The position numbers were made by a program, and so were the translations under genes. Source: a bacterium (GTDB lineage Bacteria > Patescibacteriota > Microgenomatia > UBA1400 > PJMF01). From it: 64,000 bases of DNA. How positions within the stretch are numbered: position 1 is the first letter of the stretch; the number at the start of each line of letters is the position of its first letter. The stretch spans positions 175 to 64,174 of the forward strand of contig JAQBYG010000003.1 of the NCBI GenBank assembly GCA_027620445.1. The letters are read 5' to 3'. Under the pieces are notes generated by a model. It made no database searches and was not told where the DNA came from. It saw only the letters and a program-made list of their open reading frames with translations. Below, piece after piece: positions 49,955 to 58,777 of the stretch.

Positions 49955-51636
49955 TGCCAGTATTTTTCGAACTTGCCCTTGTCCTTGCTGTAACAGTCGT
50001 GCTTTCATTTCTTCTGCGAGCACTGAGGCAACCACTTATTATCGCGTATATCTTGGCAGGAATTTTGGTTGGACCGTCAGGACTCAACTTGATCCAAGCC
50101 TACGACTTTCTTGAGTTGTTTTCACAATTTGGCATTACCATTTTGCTGTTCATCGTGGGCTTACACCTCAGCCCAAGCGTTATTAAAGAAGTTGGAAAAG
50201 TTTCAAGCATCACCGGAATTGGCCAGGTTGTCTTTACGTCAGTCCTTGGCTTTGGGATTCTCATGCTTCTGAAGTTTTCTGTACTTGAGGCAACGTACCT
50301 CAGTTTAGCCCTCACCTTTAGCAGTACTATTATTGTCTTAAAATTGCTCACCGATCGTGGAGATCTGCAGACACTATTTGGGAAAATTTCTATCGGCGTT
50401 CTCCTGATTCAAGATGTCATTGCGGCATTTATTCTTATCATGATTACAGCAATCTCACATGCTTCGAGTACTGGCCTGACAAACTCCCTAACTGATACAT
50501 TGCTGAAGGGAGTTGGCTTTGCGCTACTGATTATTATCATTGCAAAGTATGTACTTCCTACAATCACAAGTATTGCGAGTAAAAGCAGCGAGTTACTGTT
50601 TTTGTTCTCTCTTACTTGGGGAGTCGGTGCAGCAGCATTATTTGCGCTACTCGGCTTTTCAACTGAGATCGGCGCTCTGGCGGCTGGTGTCGCCCTTGCA
50701 AGTTCTGACTTTACAGAAGAAATAAGCGCGAGAATGAGACCGCTTCGCGACTTCTTTATCATTATCTTTTTCATCTTACTTGGTTCCCATCTCGCGTTAT
50801 CTGGAGCATCGGCGCTTGCTCTGCCTGTGCTGATACTGTCGCTTTTCGTTTTGATTGGCAACCCGCTCATTGTTTTTATACTCATGAACGTACTTGGCTA
50901 TGAGCGACGTACCCGATTTATGACTGGTTTGACCGTCGCCCAAATTAGCGAATTTTCTCTTATTCTTGTTGCTTTTGGCTTCAAGCTCGGTCATGTTTCT
51001 TCAGAAGTTGTTACACTCATTACGCTTGTTGGTCTGATCACCATTGCGGGATCAACTTACTTCTTCCTCTATGCTGAAAAACTCCTTAGACTCTCAGGAC
51101 CAATCCTGAGTCTGCTTGAATTGAGTAAGCCAAAGCGAAACAAGGAGAAAAGACAAGAACACTTCGATGTCGTATTACTCGGTTGTGATGACTTGGGATA
51201 CCAATTACTGCCCCATTTTGAACAAGCAAGTAAAACATTTGCGATAGTTGATTATGACCCAGAGGTGATAACGAAAATGCAAAAAAAACAATATCGCCAC
51301 TTGTTTGGAGACATAAGCAACATTGAGTTTCTTGAGGAATTACCGTTGCACTCAACTAAGTTAGTTATTTCAAGTATCTCCAATTTGGAGACGAATCAGT
51401 TGCTACTCAAGTTTCTGGCTAGCAAGCACAAAGGAATCAGTACAATCGTGACAGCACATTCAGCTCAGGATGCTCTGAGGCTGTATGACGCAGGCGCCAG
51501 CTACGTCGTATGGTCCCATGCCGTTGGCGCCGATCACGTACAACAAATTCTTTCTACCTTCGGTTACGGACGTGGTGGCTTCATAAAACGAAAAGAAAAA
51601 GAACTTCGTCGAATTGAGACTATTTTATATATTTAA
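49954..51636 (+). CDS. Monovalent cation:proton antiporter (CPA2/Kef-type) with C-terminal RCK/TrkA-N domain
   Basis: N-terminal transporter core (IAYILAGILVGPSGLNLI) and a C-terminal DVVLLGCDDLGYQL Rossmann-like RCK region. 560 aa. Confidence 0.75.
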   Translation: MPVFFELALVLAVTVVLSFLLRALRQPLIIAYILAGILVGPSGLNLIQAYDFLELFSQFGITILLFIVGLHLSPSVIKEVGKVSSITGIGQVVFTSVLGFGILMLLKFSVLEATYLSLALTFSSTIIVLKLLTDRGDLQTLFGKISIGVLLIQDVIAAFILIMITAISHASSTGLTNSLTDTLLKGVGFALLIIIIAKYVLPTITSIASKSSELLFLFSLTWGVGAAALFALLGFSTEIGALAAGVALASSDFTEEISARMRPLRDFFIIIFFILLGSHLALSGASALALPVLILSLFVLIGNPLIVFILMNVLGYERRTRFMTGLTVAQISEFSLILVAFGFKLGHVSSEVVTLITLVGLITIAGSTYFFLYAEKLLRLSGPILSLLELSKPKRNKEKRQEHFDVVLLGCDDLGYQLLPHFEQASKTFAIVDYDPEVITKMQKKQYRHLFGDISNIEFLEELPLHSTKLVISSISNLETNQLLLKFLASKHKGISTIVTAHSAQDALRLYDAGASYVVWSHAVGADHVQQILSTFGYGRGGFIKRKEKELRRIETILYI

Positions 51637-51695
51637 TATACCTTTGATAGTTTTCTTTCATTTGCAAAAGATCTGTGGATCAACAAAAAAAGCAC

Positions 51696-51724
51696 TTTAC
51701 ATACTCAATATGTATGTCTATAAT
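51696..51724 (+). promoter_or_regulatory. Near-consensus sigma70-type promoter (TTTACA - 17 nt - TATAAT) pointing into the 3' end of the racemase-ddl-vanX operon (antisense)
   Basis: TTTACA at 51696-51701, a 17-nt spacer, then TATAAT at 51719-51724. No plus-strand gene lies downstream, so its transcript would be antisense to 51760-54334. Confidence 0.35.
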
Positions 51725-51748
51725 CCTAACTGTATCAAGTTTTGAAGT

Positions 51749-51776
51749 GGACAGTAGCTTCAGCACACTACTGTCC
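51749..51776. terminator. Perfect 9-bp inverted repeat, GGACAGTAG - 10-nt loop - CTACTGTCC, at the convergent gene junction
   Basis: Read directly in the sequence. It overlaps the last five codons and the stop of the racemase gene. No T-run flanks it on either strand, so it is a hairpin rather than a canonical intrinsic terminator. Confidence 0.35.
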
Positions 51777-52482
51777 TCTTGAGAACTTGTGCAAACTCCA
51801 ACGCTCGAGCAATGTGAATATCGATTGTGTCCAAGAAGGCGCACTCGGCACGCATCTTATTTCTTAACAGTGGTAGCTCGGTACACCCGAGAATAATTGC
51901 TTCAGCTCCTAATCGCACGAGGTCTCTGCTAATCTCATCTAAAATGCCCGCAGAACGCTGCAGAACTGCACCCTTAACTAGTTCTTCATAGATAATGGTG
52001 TGAACCATCGTCCCAGCTGCTTCGTTTGGCACAACAACTTTCAAACCATGTGCTTCCAAACACTCTCGGTAAAAGGTGCCATACATTGTGTATGTTGTGC
52101 CGAGGAGTCCAACACACCGCAAACCTTTGCTAATGGCATCTAAAGCAACCGACTCGGGCAATGAGAGTATTGGAATCGATACTGACTGCCTGAGTGTCTC
52201 GACGGTTTTATTTGTGGTGTTTGAGCAAATGAGTGCGCACTCTGCACCACCCTTTTCAAGTCGTTGTAGTTCCTGCACCAGAAAGTCAGCCTCCAAATCG
52301 CTCCTTCCAGATTTTTGATACGCGAGTATCTCAGAGAAGTTGATGCTGGAGATCAGTAATCGAGCACTGGCATACCCGCCTTGGGCTAAGTACACTTGCT
52401 CATTAAATCGTCTGTAGTACTCCAATGTCGATGTCCAGCTGACGCCCCCAACCAAGCCAATCAGTTTACTTCGTTCTTGCAT
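51760..52482 (-). CDS. PLP-independent Asp/Glu/hydantoin-family racemase (aspartate racemase-like)
   Basis: GLVGGVSWTSTLEYY, CSNTTN and GCTELPLL correspond to the two catalytic-cysteine regions of Asp/Glu racemases. 240 aa. Confidence 0.65.
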   Translation of the reverse strand: MQERSKLIGLVGGVSWTSTLEYYRRFNEQVYLAQGGYASARLLISSINFSEILAYQKSGRSDLEADFLVQELQRLEKGGAECALICSNTTNKTVETLRQSVSIPILSLPESVALDAISKGLRCVGLLGTTYTMYGTFYRECLEAHGLKVVVPNEAAGTMVHTIIYEELVKGAVLQRSAGILDEISRDLVRLGAEAIILGCTELPLLRNKMRAECAFLDTIDIHIARALEFAQVLKRTVVC

Positions 52483-53561
52483 TAATCAATGTGGTAACGA
52501 AACTCTGTTGATTTTTCACCCTCACCCAGTTGGTTTTTATACGAGAGTAGCACTACATCCTCAATGTTCTTCCCCGCAGCTCGCAACATCTTTGGAAACA
52601 AACTATGCTCCATCATGCCTGGCAGCGGATTTATCTCTAGAAAATATATAGCTCCTTCCGGATTCACACGGAAATCAAATCTTGCGAAGTGTCGCACACC
52701 CACATGCTGGAACAGCTGCTCAGAGAGCCTGCGAACGCGCGTTTCAACAAGCGATTCTGATTCTGGGTCAATCACCCACTCTTCGTTTTTGCCCAAAGTA
52801 TGCTTCTCAGCATGACCAAAGAACTGCTGTTGAGTGATTACTTTGATCACCGGCAATGCCGAGACCATACCGTTTTCTTCAAGACAACCACACGAGTACT
52901 CATCTCCAGGAATAAATTCTTGTAGTAAGGCTGCCGAATCATACGATAGTATTTGAGCAATCAGATCAGTGGCCTTTTGGTTGTCATCCCCGATGGTATG
53001 TAGCTCAGTCATGATACTGGCTCCGAGAGAACTGGGTTTAATAACCACTTTCTCTCCAGATTTCCAAAACGCGAGGGCTTTAGCAATCTCAGATTCAGAT
53101 CGAACAACCACCGAACGTGGAATCTGCGCCTCAGTCCCAAGACCAGCCACGAATGTGTTGCAGTGCAACTTACTCATGGCCAAAGAAGCGGAAAGAACTG
53201 AGCCAAATGAACCCTTGATGTCTAAAAATGCCGCAGCTCCTTGAATACAACCGTCTTCGCCGTGCTGACCGTGAAGCAAAGAGAATACATAAATAGCATC
53301 CTCAGCTAATTGCGAAAGCAAGGTTGACCGTGAAATGCGCTCTCCTGTTCGTGAGTAGGATTCAGGGGAGTTGTTCGGCAAAAATGGATTGAGCAACACC
53401 CCGCCGTCACGAGCGATATAGAAGATCTGGATGTCCTGAAACTGTTGTTGGATTTTTTTCTGCGTGAGCCTCGAGAGTACGTGCTCAAACGACTTTTTTG
53501 ACGCGTCGTGTTCCGATGAAACACCTCCAAATACTATGGCCAATGATTGTTTTTTGTTCAT
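52482..53561 (-). CDS. D-alanine--D-alanine ligase family (ATP-grasp) enzyme, specificity uncertain
   Basis: LAIVFGGVSSEHDAS, LLHGQHGEDGCIQG and a C-terminal FLEINPLPGM are the Ddl family signatures. 359 aa. Confidence 0.7.
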   Translation of the reverse strand: MNKKQSLAIVFGGVSSEHDASKKSFEHVLSRLTQKKIQQQFQDIQIFYIARDGGVLLNPFLPNNSPESYSRTGERISRSTLLSQLAEDAIYVFSLLHGQHGEDGCIQGAAAFLDIKGSFGSVLSASLAMSKLHCNTFVAGLGTEAQIPRSVVVRSESEIAKALAFWKSGEKVVIKPSSLGASIMTELHTIGDDNQKATDLIAQILSYDSAALLQEFIPGDEYSCGCLEENGMVSALPVIKVITQQQFFGHAEKHTLGKNEEWVIDPESESLVETRVRRLSEQLFQHVGVRHFARFDFRVNPEGAIYFLEINPLPGMMEHSLFPKMLRAAGKNIEDVVLLSYKNQLGEGEKSTEFRYHID

Positions 53562-54334
53562 CTCACACCTCCTATACTTTTACTTTTTGGAATTCCGTAG
53601 AGAGCAGTTTGATTAGTTTGTAACCCATACGCTTGCGTGCCCAACTGAAAATGCCACCACTCGCTAGCCAAACCGGTAAACATACCAACACTTCTCATCG
53701 CGTCGTGTAGAATTCTCCTATTTCTTCTAGCCAAAAAATCCTGTTCAGTTACACAATTTTCTTCGTTCTCAAAATACTGCGTGTGTGCTTTTTCGGAAAA
53801 ATCATCAAAATCAGTGCCCATCCATAACTCTTGGCCAAATTCGTCCAAGATCGTGACGTCTACCGCCCCTCCAGTCAGATGATGGGATGGCGCGCTTGGA
53901 TCAGCTGATGGCAAGGCGACAAATTGTTGGCAAAGACGTTCTAGCTGCTGGGAGTCGAGTGCGCCGTACTGAGCACAAAGTCGAGCGTAATAACGATCGT
54001 AAATTTCCTTTTGCAACGACACCGGCCTCCACGCATCCCAAATTACCAAGCGATACCCCGACGGAAGTGCTTCTGCAGCGAGTAATAATCGCTCAAAAAC
54101 ACCAGCGCGAATTTCTTGCTCGAAGCTCGCTTCTCTAAAACCTCTAATAAAATACTGCGGAGAAATCGCCAATCGCCTCCCACGATACTTTTGAAGTGCT
54201 ACCAGTGGCTCACCGTTGTCTTCAATTTTTACCGATTGCCACCCTTCGATTGAAGTAATTCCTGGTATGGGATGTTTTCCCGCATCCAAAACATCGAGTT
54301 CTGCGTCTGGAAAGTATTCGTACGTTTCGATCAT
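53558..54334 (-). CDS. VanX-type D-Ala-D-Ala dipeptidase (peptidase M15D)
   Basis: SHHLTGGAVDVT (S-x-H-x2-G-x-A-x-D zinc motif), RLVIWDAWRP and EWWHFQ are diagnostic for VanX/DdpX. ATGA overlap with the ligase gene. Confidence 0.7.
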   Translation of the reverse strand: MIETYEYFPDAELDVLDAGKHPIPGITSIEGWQSVKIEDNGEPLVALQKYRGRRLAISPQYFIRGFREASFEQEIRAGVFERLLLAAEALPSGYRLVIWDAWRPVSLQKEIYDRYYARLCAQYGALDSQQLERLCQQFVALPSADPSAPSHHLTGGAVDVTILDEFGQELWMGTDFDDFSEKAHTQYFENEENCVTEQDFLARRNRRILHDAMRSVGMFTGLASEWWHFQLGTQAYGLQTNQTALYGIPKSKSIGGVR

Positions 54335-54418
54335 GCTGGCTCCTTTACTATGAAAAGAGCTTACGCAACAAAGTTAGGGAAATAAATGAATCAACTTAAT
54401 TCATTGCTATGACAATTG

Positions 54419-54489
54419 ATCCCGAGCTAGGATTCGAACCTAGGAAAACAGGTCCAGAACCTGTTGTGATGCCGCTTCACTACTCGGGA
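54419..54489 (-). tRNA. tRNA with anticodon CTG (Gln)
   Basis: Manual fold of TCCCGAGTAGTGAAGCGGCATCACAACAGGTTCTGGACCTGTTTTCCTAGGTTCGAATCCTAGCTCGGGAT. It has a 7-bp acceptor stem, GTGA/TCAC D-stem, ACAGG/CCTGT anticodon stem with loop TTCTGGA (U33, anticodon CTG), and CTAGG/CCTAG T-stem with a TTCGAAT loop. CCA is not encoded. Confidence 0.8.
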
Positions 54490-54494
54490 GTAGC

Positions 54495-54510
54495 AGACAC
54501 GTAGTATACC
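54495..54510 (-). promoter_or_regulatory. Putative extended -10 promoter (TGgTATACT) for the tRNA
   Basis: Minus-strand sequence tttTGgTATACTacgtgtctgctac lies immediately upstream of the tRNA 5' end. Confidence 0.3.
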
Positions 54511-54514
54511 AAAA

Positions 54515-55195
54515 ATGATTAAACACATCATTGCACTCGTACAATCAGATGTTGTGCAAACGAAGTTTCGAATAAACGAGATGCTAGCGGCCACTGCCTG
54601 TCACACGACAACTGACATCACATCTGCGTATAAATTATTCGAGAAGAATAAGATTGATTTGCTTATTGTAGAGATTCCAGGATATTCTAACGATTTACAC
54701 GATCTCGTTTGCTATGTGCATGAAATCTCCTTTGCCACAAAAATTCTTATTGTTTTCTTGCAATCAAAAACGGTGCATCATGAAATCTATCTCAACTCCG
54801 GAGCCGACCTCTGCCTGCAACAACCATTCTCGAAACGCTGTCTAGAGCTCTACTGCAATAAACTGCTGAGTGTAAACAAATTCAAAGCAGGCTCACTTCT
54901 CTACCTCGGTTCGGCAGCATTGCAGCCAGAAACAGCTCATCTGTATATCGGCTCACACCATCAGCAACTAAGAAAGCGTGAAGCAGAAATTCTGGAGTTC
55001 TTTTTTCGAAATAAAAATCAAATCATCACGCGAGAGCGGTTGATTGATAGCATCTGGGGATTTACCGAAGAAATACCCTCATATACTTCGATCGATGTCT
55101 ATGTTCGTCGCTTGAGAATGCAACTTAAGAACTCAGGAGCGATACTTCAAACAGTGCGAGGAACAGGGTATGTTGCTAGAGAAGTTGTAAATTAG
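54515..55195 (+). CDS. OmpR/PhoB-family winged-helix transcriptional regulator with degenerate (phospho-acceptor-less) receiver domain
   Basis: C-terminal LRKREAEILEFFFRNKNQIITRERLIDSIWG...YVRRLRMQL...VRGTGY is a trans_reg_C wHTH. In the receiver the acidic pair is QSD, the phospho-Asp position reads LLIVEIPG (Glu), and the conserved Lys region reads GADLCLQQPF (Gln). Confidence 0.6.
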   Translation: MIKHIIALVQSDVVQTKFRINEMLAATACHTTTDITSAYKLFEKNKIDLLIVEIPGYSNDLHDLVCYVHEISFATKILIVFLQSKTVHHEIYLNSGADLCLQQPFSKRCLELYCNKLLSVNKFKAGSLLYLGSAALQPETAHLYIGSHHQQLRKREAEILEFFFRNKNQIITRERLIDSIWGFTEEIPSYTSIDVYVRRLRMQLKNSGAILQTVRGTGYVAREVVN

Positions 55196-56762
55196 TGATA
55201 TCCCAAACCTGCAAACATGGTGCATTGTCCGGCCGGCAAAACTCAGCTACCAACACAAGATCTTCTGTCTGCATCTGCATGCGATGGCTATTTACCACCA
55301 ACCAAACTGTTTCGTAGGCTGAGGCTTGTTTCAGAAACGCATCAGGAATACCTCGTACTGGCTGTCCTATCCCTTGCACCATAATGTTTGTGACATCTCG
55401 CCTGTGTAAGTACATCAGAATGCCATCTGGTAACGTGCCAAAAAACCCTTCCGTTGCCACCGCAATCGTCCCTTGTTTCGCCTGTGCATTAATCAATGCC
55501 ACCGCTTCCTGAATACCATGGCCAGAGGACCACTCAGATAGATACTGCGTCACGTCTGCAGAAACAAATGGGGTAGCATTTGCGTTGGTGAGAGATGGGT
55601 ATATGAATGCGACAGATCTTACTAGAGAGTTTGCCAGAAGTAGTACCGCAACTACGGCAAAGACTGCTCGTTTTCGCAGTGATAACTCACCATCTTTGGC
55701 TCGACGAAACAACTCGCTGAGGGCAATACTTGCTGCGAGGGTAAGAGGGATAATAGCAGGCATAAAATATCTGGGATACACAACTTTGCCCAACACAGCA
55801 ATCGGGCCAATAAAACTCAATGCTGCCAACAGCAGCACAAAAATAGCTCTTCTCTGTTTTCGCATTAAAAGTCCGATCAAAGATACAATTGTGGCTGTGG
55901 GCGTGAGATACAGCAAGAAATACCTGCCGTATGTAGGAAAGCTGATAATCGTATCTCTCCATTTTCCCTCTAAGACTTCTTGCCATGGGTAAAGAAAATC
56001 ACTGCCACGACTAAACAATTGCGAAAATACGGGTTGCGTTTTTAACACTAGAAAAAATACGAGTCCTACAGCAATTACTGACCCGGACTGCAGCAGTAGT
56101 AACAACCGCTCTGTATACGATTTATTCTTTGGCAAAAAAGCAAAGAACACGAACGTCGGCGTAAACAAAATCGCCGGTACTTTGGTCCAAAGCGCTAAAC
56201 CAAACAGAATGCCACTCAAGAGCAGCCAGGGCTCTCTCAGAGCAACACGAAATACTTTTTTGAGTTGCAACAAATCTCTATTCTGGAATGTGAATGAGCG
56301 CGTCACAACTTCCAAGTAACTTGCAAGACTGAGAGTAAGAAACAAAGTAAGAGTTCCGTCAATTAATGCCATACGATGATGAAAAAACCAGAATGGCAGG
56401 ATCGTCACAAACAAAGCACCGAGAACCTTGGCAAGTTTCGTACCACCTAGTAAGCGAATGCACCAAACATTGGCCCCAATCTGACCAACGCCTACCAATA
56501 CGGAAACAATCCGGGCTGCGTACAGCTGATCAGAAAAGACGAATTGGAAAGGCACGAGAAGCCACATAAACAACGGTGTTTTGCCATCATTCATTGGAAA
56601 AAATAAATACTCTCTCCAATCGTCAATGATCAGTTGCGCCCAACGAATATATATTGACTCATCTGCAAACACCGGTAAGTTAAGCAGGCCCCACAGATGG
56701 GTCACAAGATACACACCAATGATCGCAGTAAAAATTAATTTAACCATCGACTGTTTTCCCAA
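55176..56762 (-). CDS. GT-C membrane glycosyltransferase, ArnT/PMT_2-like (divergent family 1 member)
   Basis: FADESIYIRWAQLI...MNDGKTPLFMW in the first loop, at least 11 TM segments, and a C-terminal extracytoplasmic domain. Confidence 0.55.
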   Translation of the reverse strand: MGKQSMVKLIFTAIIGVYLVTHLWGLLNLPVFADESIYIRWAQLIIDDWREYLFFPMNDGKTPLFMWLLVPFQFVFSDQLYAARIVSVLVGVGQIGANVWCIRLLGGTKLAKVLGALFVTILPFWFFHHRMALIDGTLTLFLTLSLASYLEVVTRSFTFQNRDLLQLKKVFRVALREPWLLLSGILFGLALWTKVPAILFTPTFVFFAFLPKNKSYTERLLLLLQSGSVIAVGLVFFLVLKTQPVFSQLFSRGSDFLYPWQEVLEGKWRDTIISFPTYGRYFLLYLTPTATIVSLIGLLMRKQRRAIFVLLLAALSFIGPIAVLGKVVYPRYFMPAIIPLTLAASIALSELFRRAKDGELSLRKRAVFAVVAVLLLANSLVRSVAFIYPSLTNANATPFVSADVTQYLSEWSSGHGIQEAVALINAQAKQGTIAVATEGFFGTLPDGILMYLHRRDVTNIMVQGIGQPVRGIPDAFLKQASAYETVWLVVNSHRMQMQTEDLVLVAEFCRPDNAPCLQVWDITNLQLL

Positions 56763-58011
56763 CCAAAATACTTCCGTGCTCTGTTTTGGGTCTAACTATA
56801 GACCATTGCCAAAGTAACCACATGGCAGGAATCCCTAAGGAAATGTACTTCTGCCATTGCACGGTATCTGCCTCATACCCACCCGCATACAGCCACGGTA
56901 CATAGCGCAAGAGTGCAGCGATTGAACACACGAGCCAAAATACTCTCCACTTTGCTGAACCAATCAACGGCAACCAGACGAGAGACCAAGTCAGGTACCA
57001 CGGCAAGTACTGCTGCGACTGGTTTGTAAGAAGTGGCAGGAGCAGCAACGCAGCGGCTGAGTATGGCAGTACACGAAGTATGCGTTCCCAAATACCTTGG
57101 GTTAGCAGTTGCAAAAATCGCTTGGGAAGCCTGAGTCTAGTGAAGCTTCCTTCCTCAAACCGCTCGAGCGCAAGTATGGTGAGCCAAATGGGAAGCAGTA
57201 CTATAGTGGCAAATTTGATCGAAACAGAAAAAGCTAACAACAGCAATGACCCAAACACTCTCGATCTGAATGCAAAACGTTTTCGTGCCAGCAGAAAACT
57301 AAAGCTAATCAGCGCTGGCGCAAGCATCCACAAGTCATTGTGACTGTTCGCCACAATCTCTATCAACACGAGTGGGTTAAGAAAAAAGATTGCAGCATCG
57401 CTGAGCGTCAAGCGCTTGCCCATCAGCCCTGCAAGCTGTTTGAGTCCGACATACACAAGAACAAGACTAGCAACAGAAAACACTCGAAACAGCAACCACG
57501 TCCAGGTAAATTTGCCAAAGCCGAGCATAAATGGGATCAAAGAGAGACCAGTCCAACCAAAGCCATATGGCGCGGGAGTGTGCGTATTGTGCATAAATCG
57601 AGTCCAGTCATCACTGAACTCAAGTGCAGTCTGCGCATGCGGATTGGCTTGATAAATCAACACCATTTTGGCATTGAACAAGTAATTAAAAACGTCATGC
57701 GAGAGCGCATTGTAGGAAAAAAGAAGCGGGGAAATAATAAGAGTAAACCACAGTATGGTTCGGGAAAGCGTGAGGTGAGTAATTCCTCTCAACCAACGCT
57801 GCATTTGTAACCCCAACCAAAACATACAAGCAATCAGCAAGACATACACTGTGGTATAGAAAGTTACAAAGCCGCGAGCAATTGACCAAATCCAGTTCTG
57901 AAAAATCCAGTAGGGTTCCCAAGATGTTAATACTAAATTTGGATCAGCCAAGCCATAGCTCCAAATGGCGTAGCTCAGCAAACAAACCCAGAGTGAAACA
58001 ACATATCGCAT
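56740..58011 (-). CDS. Polytopic membrane protein, unknown family (GT-C candidate)
   Basis: HDVFNYLFNAKMVLIYQANPHAQTALEFSDDW loop. About 11 hydrophobic segments. Start taken at the Met at 58011 (MRYVVSLW), which abuts the upstream GT2 stop. Confidence 0.4.
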   Translation of the reverse strand: MRYVVSLWVCLLSYAIWSYGLADPNLVLTSWEPYWIFQNWIWSIARGFVTFYTTVYVLLIACMFWLGLQMQRWLRGITHLTLSRTILWFTLIISPLLFSYNALSHDVFNYLFNAKMVLIYQANPHAQTALEFSDDWTRFMHNTHTPAPYGFGWTGLSLIPFMLGFGKFTWTWLLFRVFSVASLVLVYVGLKQLAGLMGKRLTLSDAAIFFLNPLVLIEIVANSHNDLWMLAPALISFSFLLARKRFAFRSRVFGSLLLLAFSVSIKFATIVLLPIWLTILALERFEEGSFTRLRLPKRFLQLLTQGIWERILRVLPYSAAALLLLPLLTNQSQQYLPWYLTWSLVWLPLIGSAKWRVFWLVCSIAALLRYVPWLYAGGYEADTVQWQKYISLGIPAMWLLWQWSIVRPKTEHGSILVGKTVDG

Positions 58012-58012
58012 A

Positions 58013-58777
58013 CTACTCGTACCTGCCCCGCAGTGCGGCGAAGCGAATGCGCACGATATCAAAAAACATTCGCAGTGAATCTTTGACTGGACTCACTCTA
58101 TTTGTTTCGCGGTGTTCCCAATGGATTGGTACTTCAGCAATCTTGTACTTCATTTTGCGAGCAATGTACAACAGCTCGACATCAAATGCCCCCGTGTACG
58201 CATCCCGGCGTTCTGCCAAATTACCGTAGACCGACAATCGAGAAAACAAATCATTCGTTGCTCGATCAGAAAACAATTTAAAACCACACTGAGTGTCGTA
58301 GATACCAGGCACAGCCAAAATCTGCACAACGAGATTAAACACACGACCCATCAAATGCCGATAAAATGGCTCGTCATCACGCTGAGCACCGGCAATCTCT
58401 CTCGATCCAATTACAACGTCGTATTGATCCCTGGCAATCGCGAGCAGTTTCTCAACCTCACTGAGTGGAGTGGATTGATCAAAATCGGTAAATAAGCGCC
58501 AAGAACCGGTGGCGGCCAACATACCAGAGCTCACAGTTGCAGCTTTGCCCGCATGTTTGTTTTCGAGCACACGAACCCCTTGATTTTTTGAGGCAAATGC
58601 ATGTAGTAACTCTACTGTTCCATCACTAGATCCGTCATCACTCAGAATAACTTCCCAGGTATAGTCTTGTGCTTGCAGATAGGTAAGAACTGTATCAAGT
58701 ACCCCTGAAGCAAAGTTTTTCTGCTCGTTATATGACGGGATAATGACAGAGAGAAAGGGCTGCATAGTACTTATCAT
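58013..58777 (-). CDS. GT2 Dpm1/GtrB-like polyprenyl-phosphate sugar synthase
   Basis: LSVIIPSYNEQKNF...ILSDDGSSDGT...TDFDQS motifs. ATGA overlap with the upstream GT-C gene. Confidence 0.75.
   Translation of the reverse strand: MISTMQPFLSVIIPSYNEQKNFASGVLDTVLTYLQAQDYTWEVILSDDGSSDGTVELLHAFASKNQGVRVLENKHAGKAATVSSGMLAATGSWRLFTDFDQSTPLSEVEKLLAIARDQYDVVIGSREIAGAQRDDEPFYRHLMGRVFNLVVQILAVPGIYDTQCGFKLFSDRATNDLFSRLSVYGNLAERRDAYTGAFDVELLYIARKMKYKIAEVPIHWEHRETNRVSPVKDSLRMFFDIVRIRFAALRGRYE

Noticed and set aside
51637-51700. Possible intrinsic terminator for the CPA2 antiporter gene in the A-rich stretch caacaaaaaaagcac
   Set aside because: There is an A-run on the plus strand (T-run on minus) but no preceding GC-rich stem. 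It is not convincing as a rho-independent terminator for either convergent gene.
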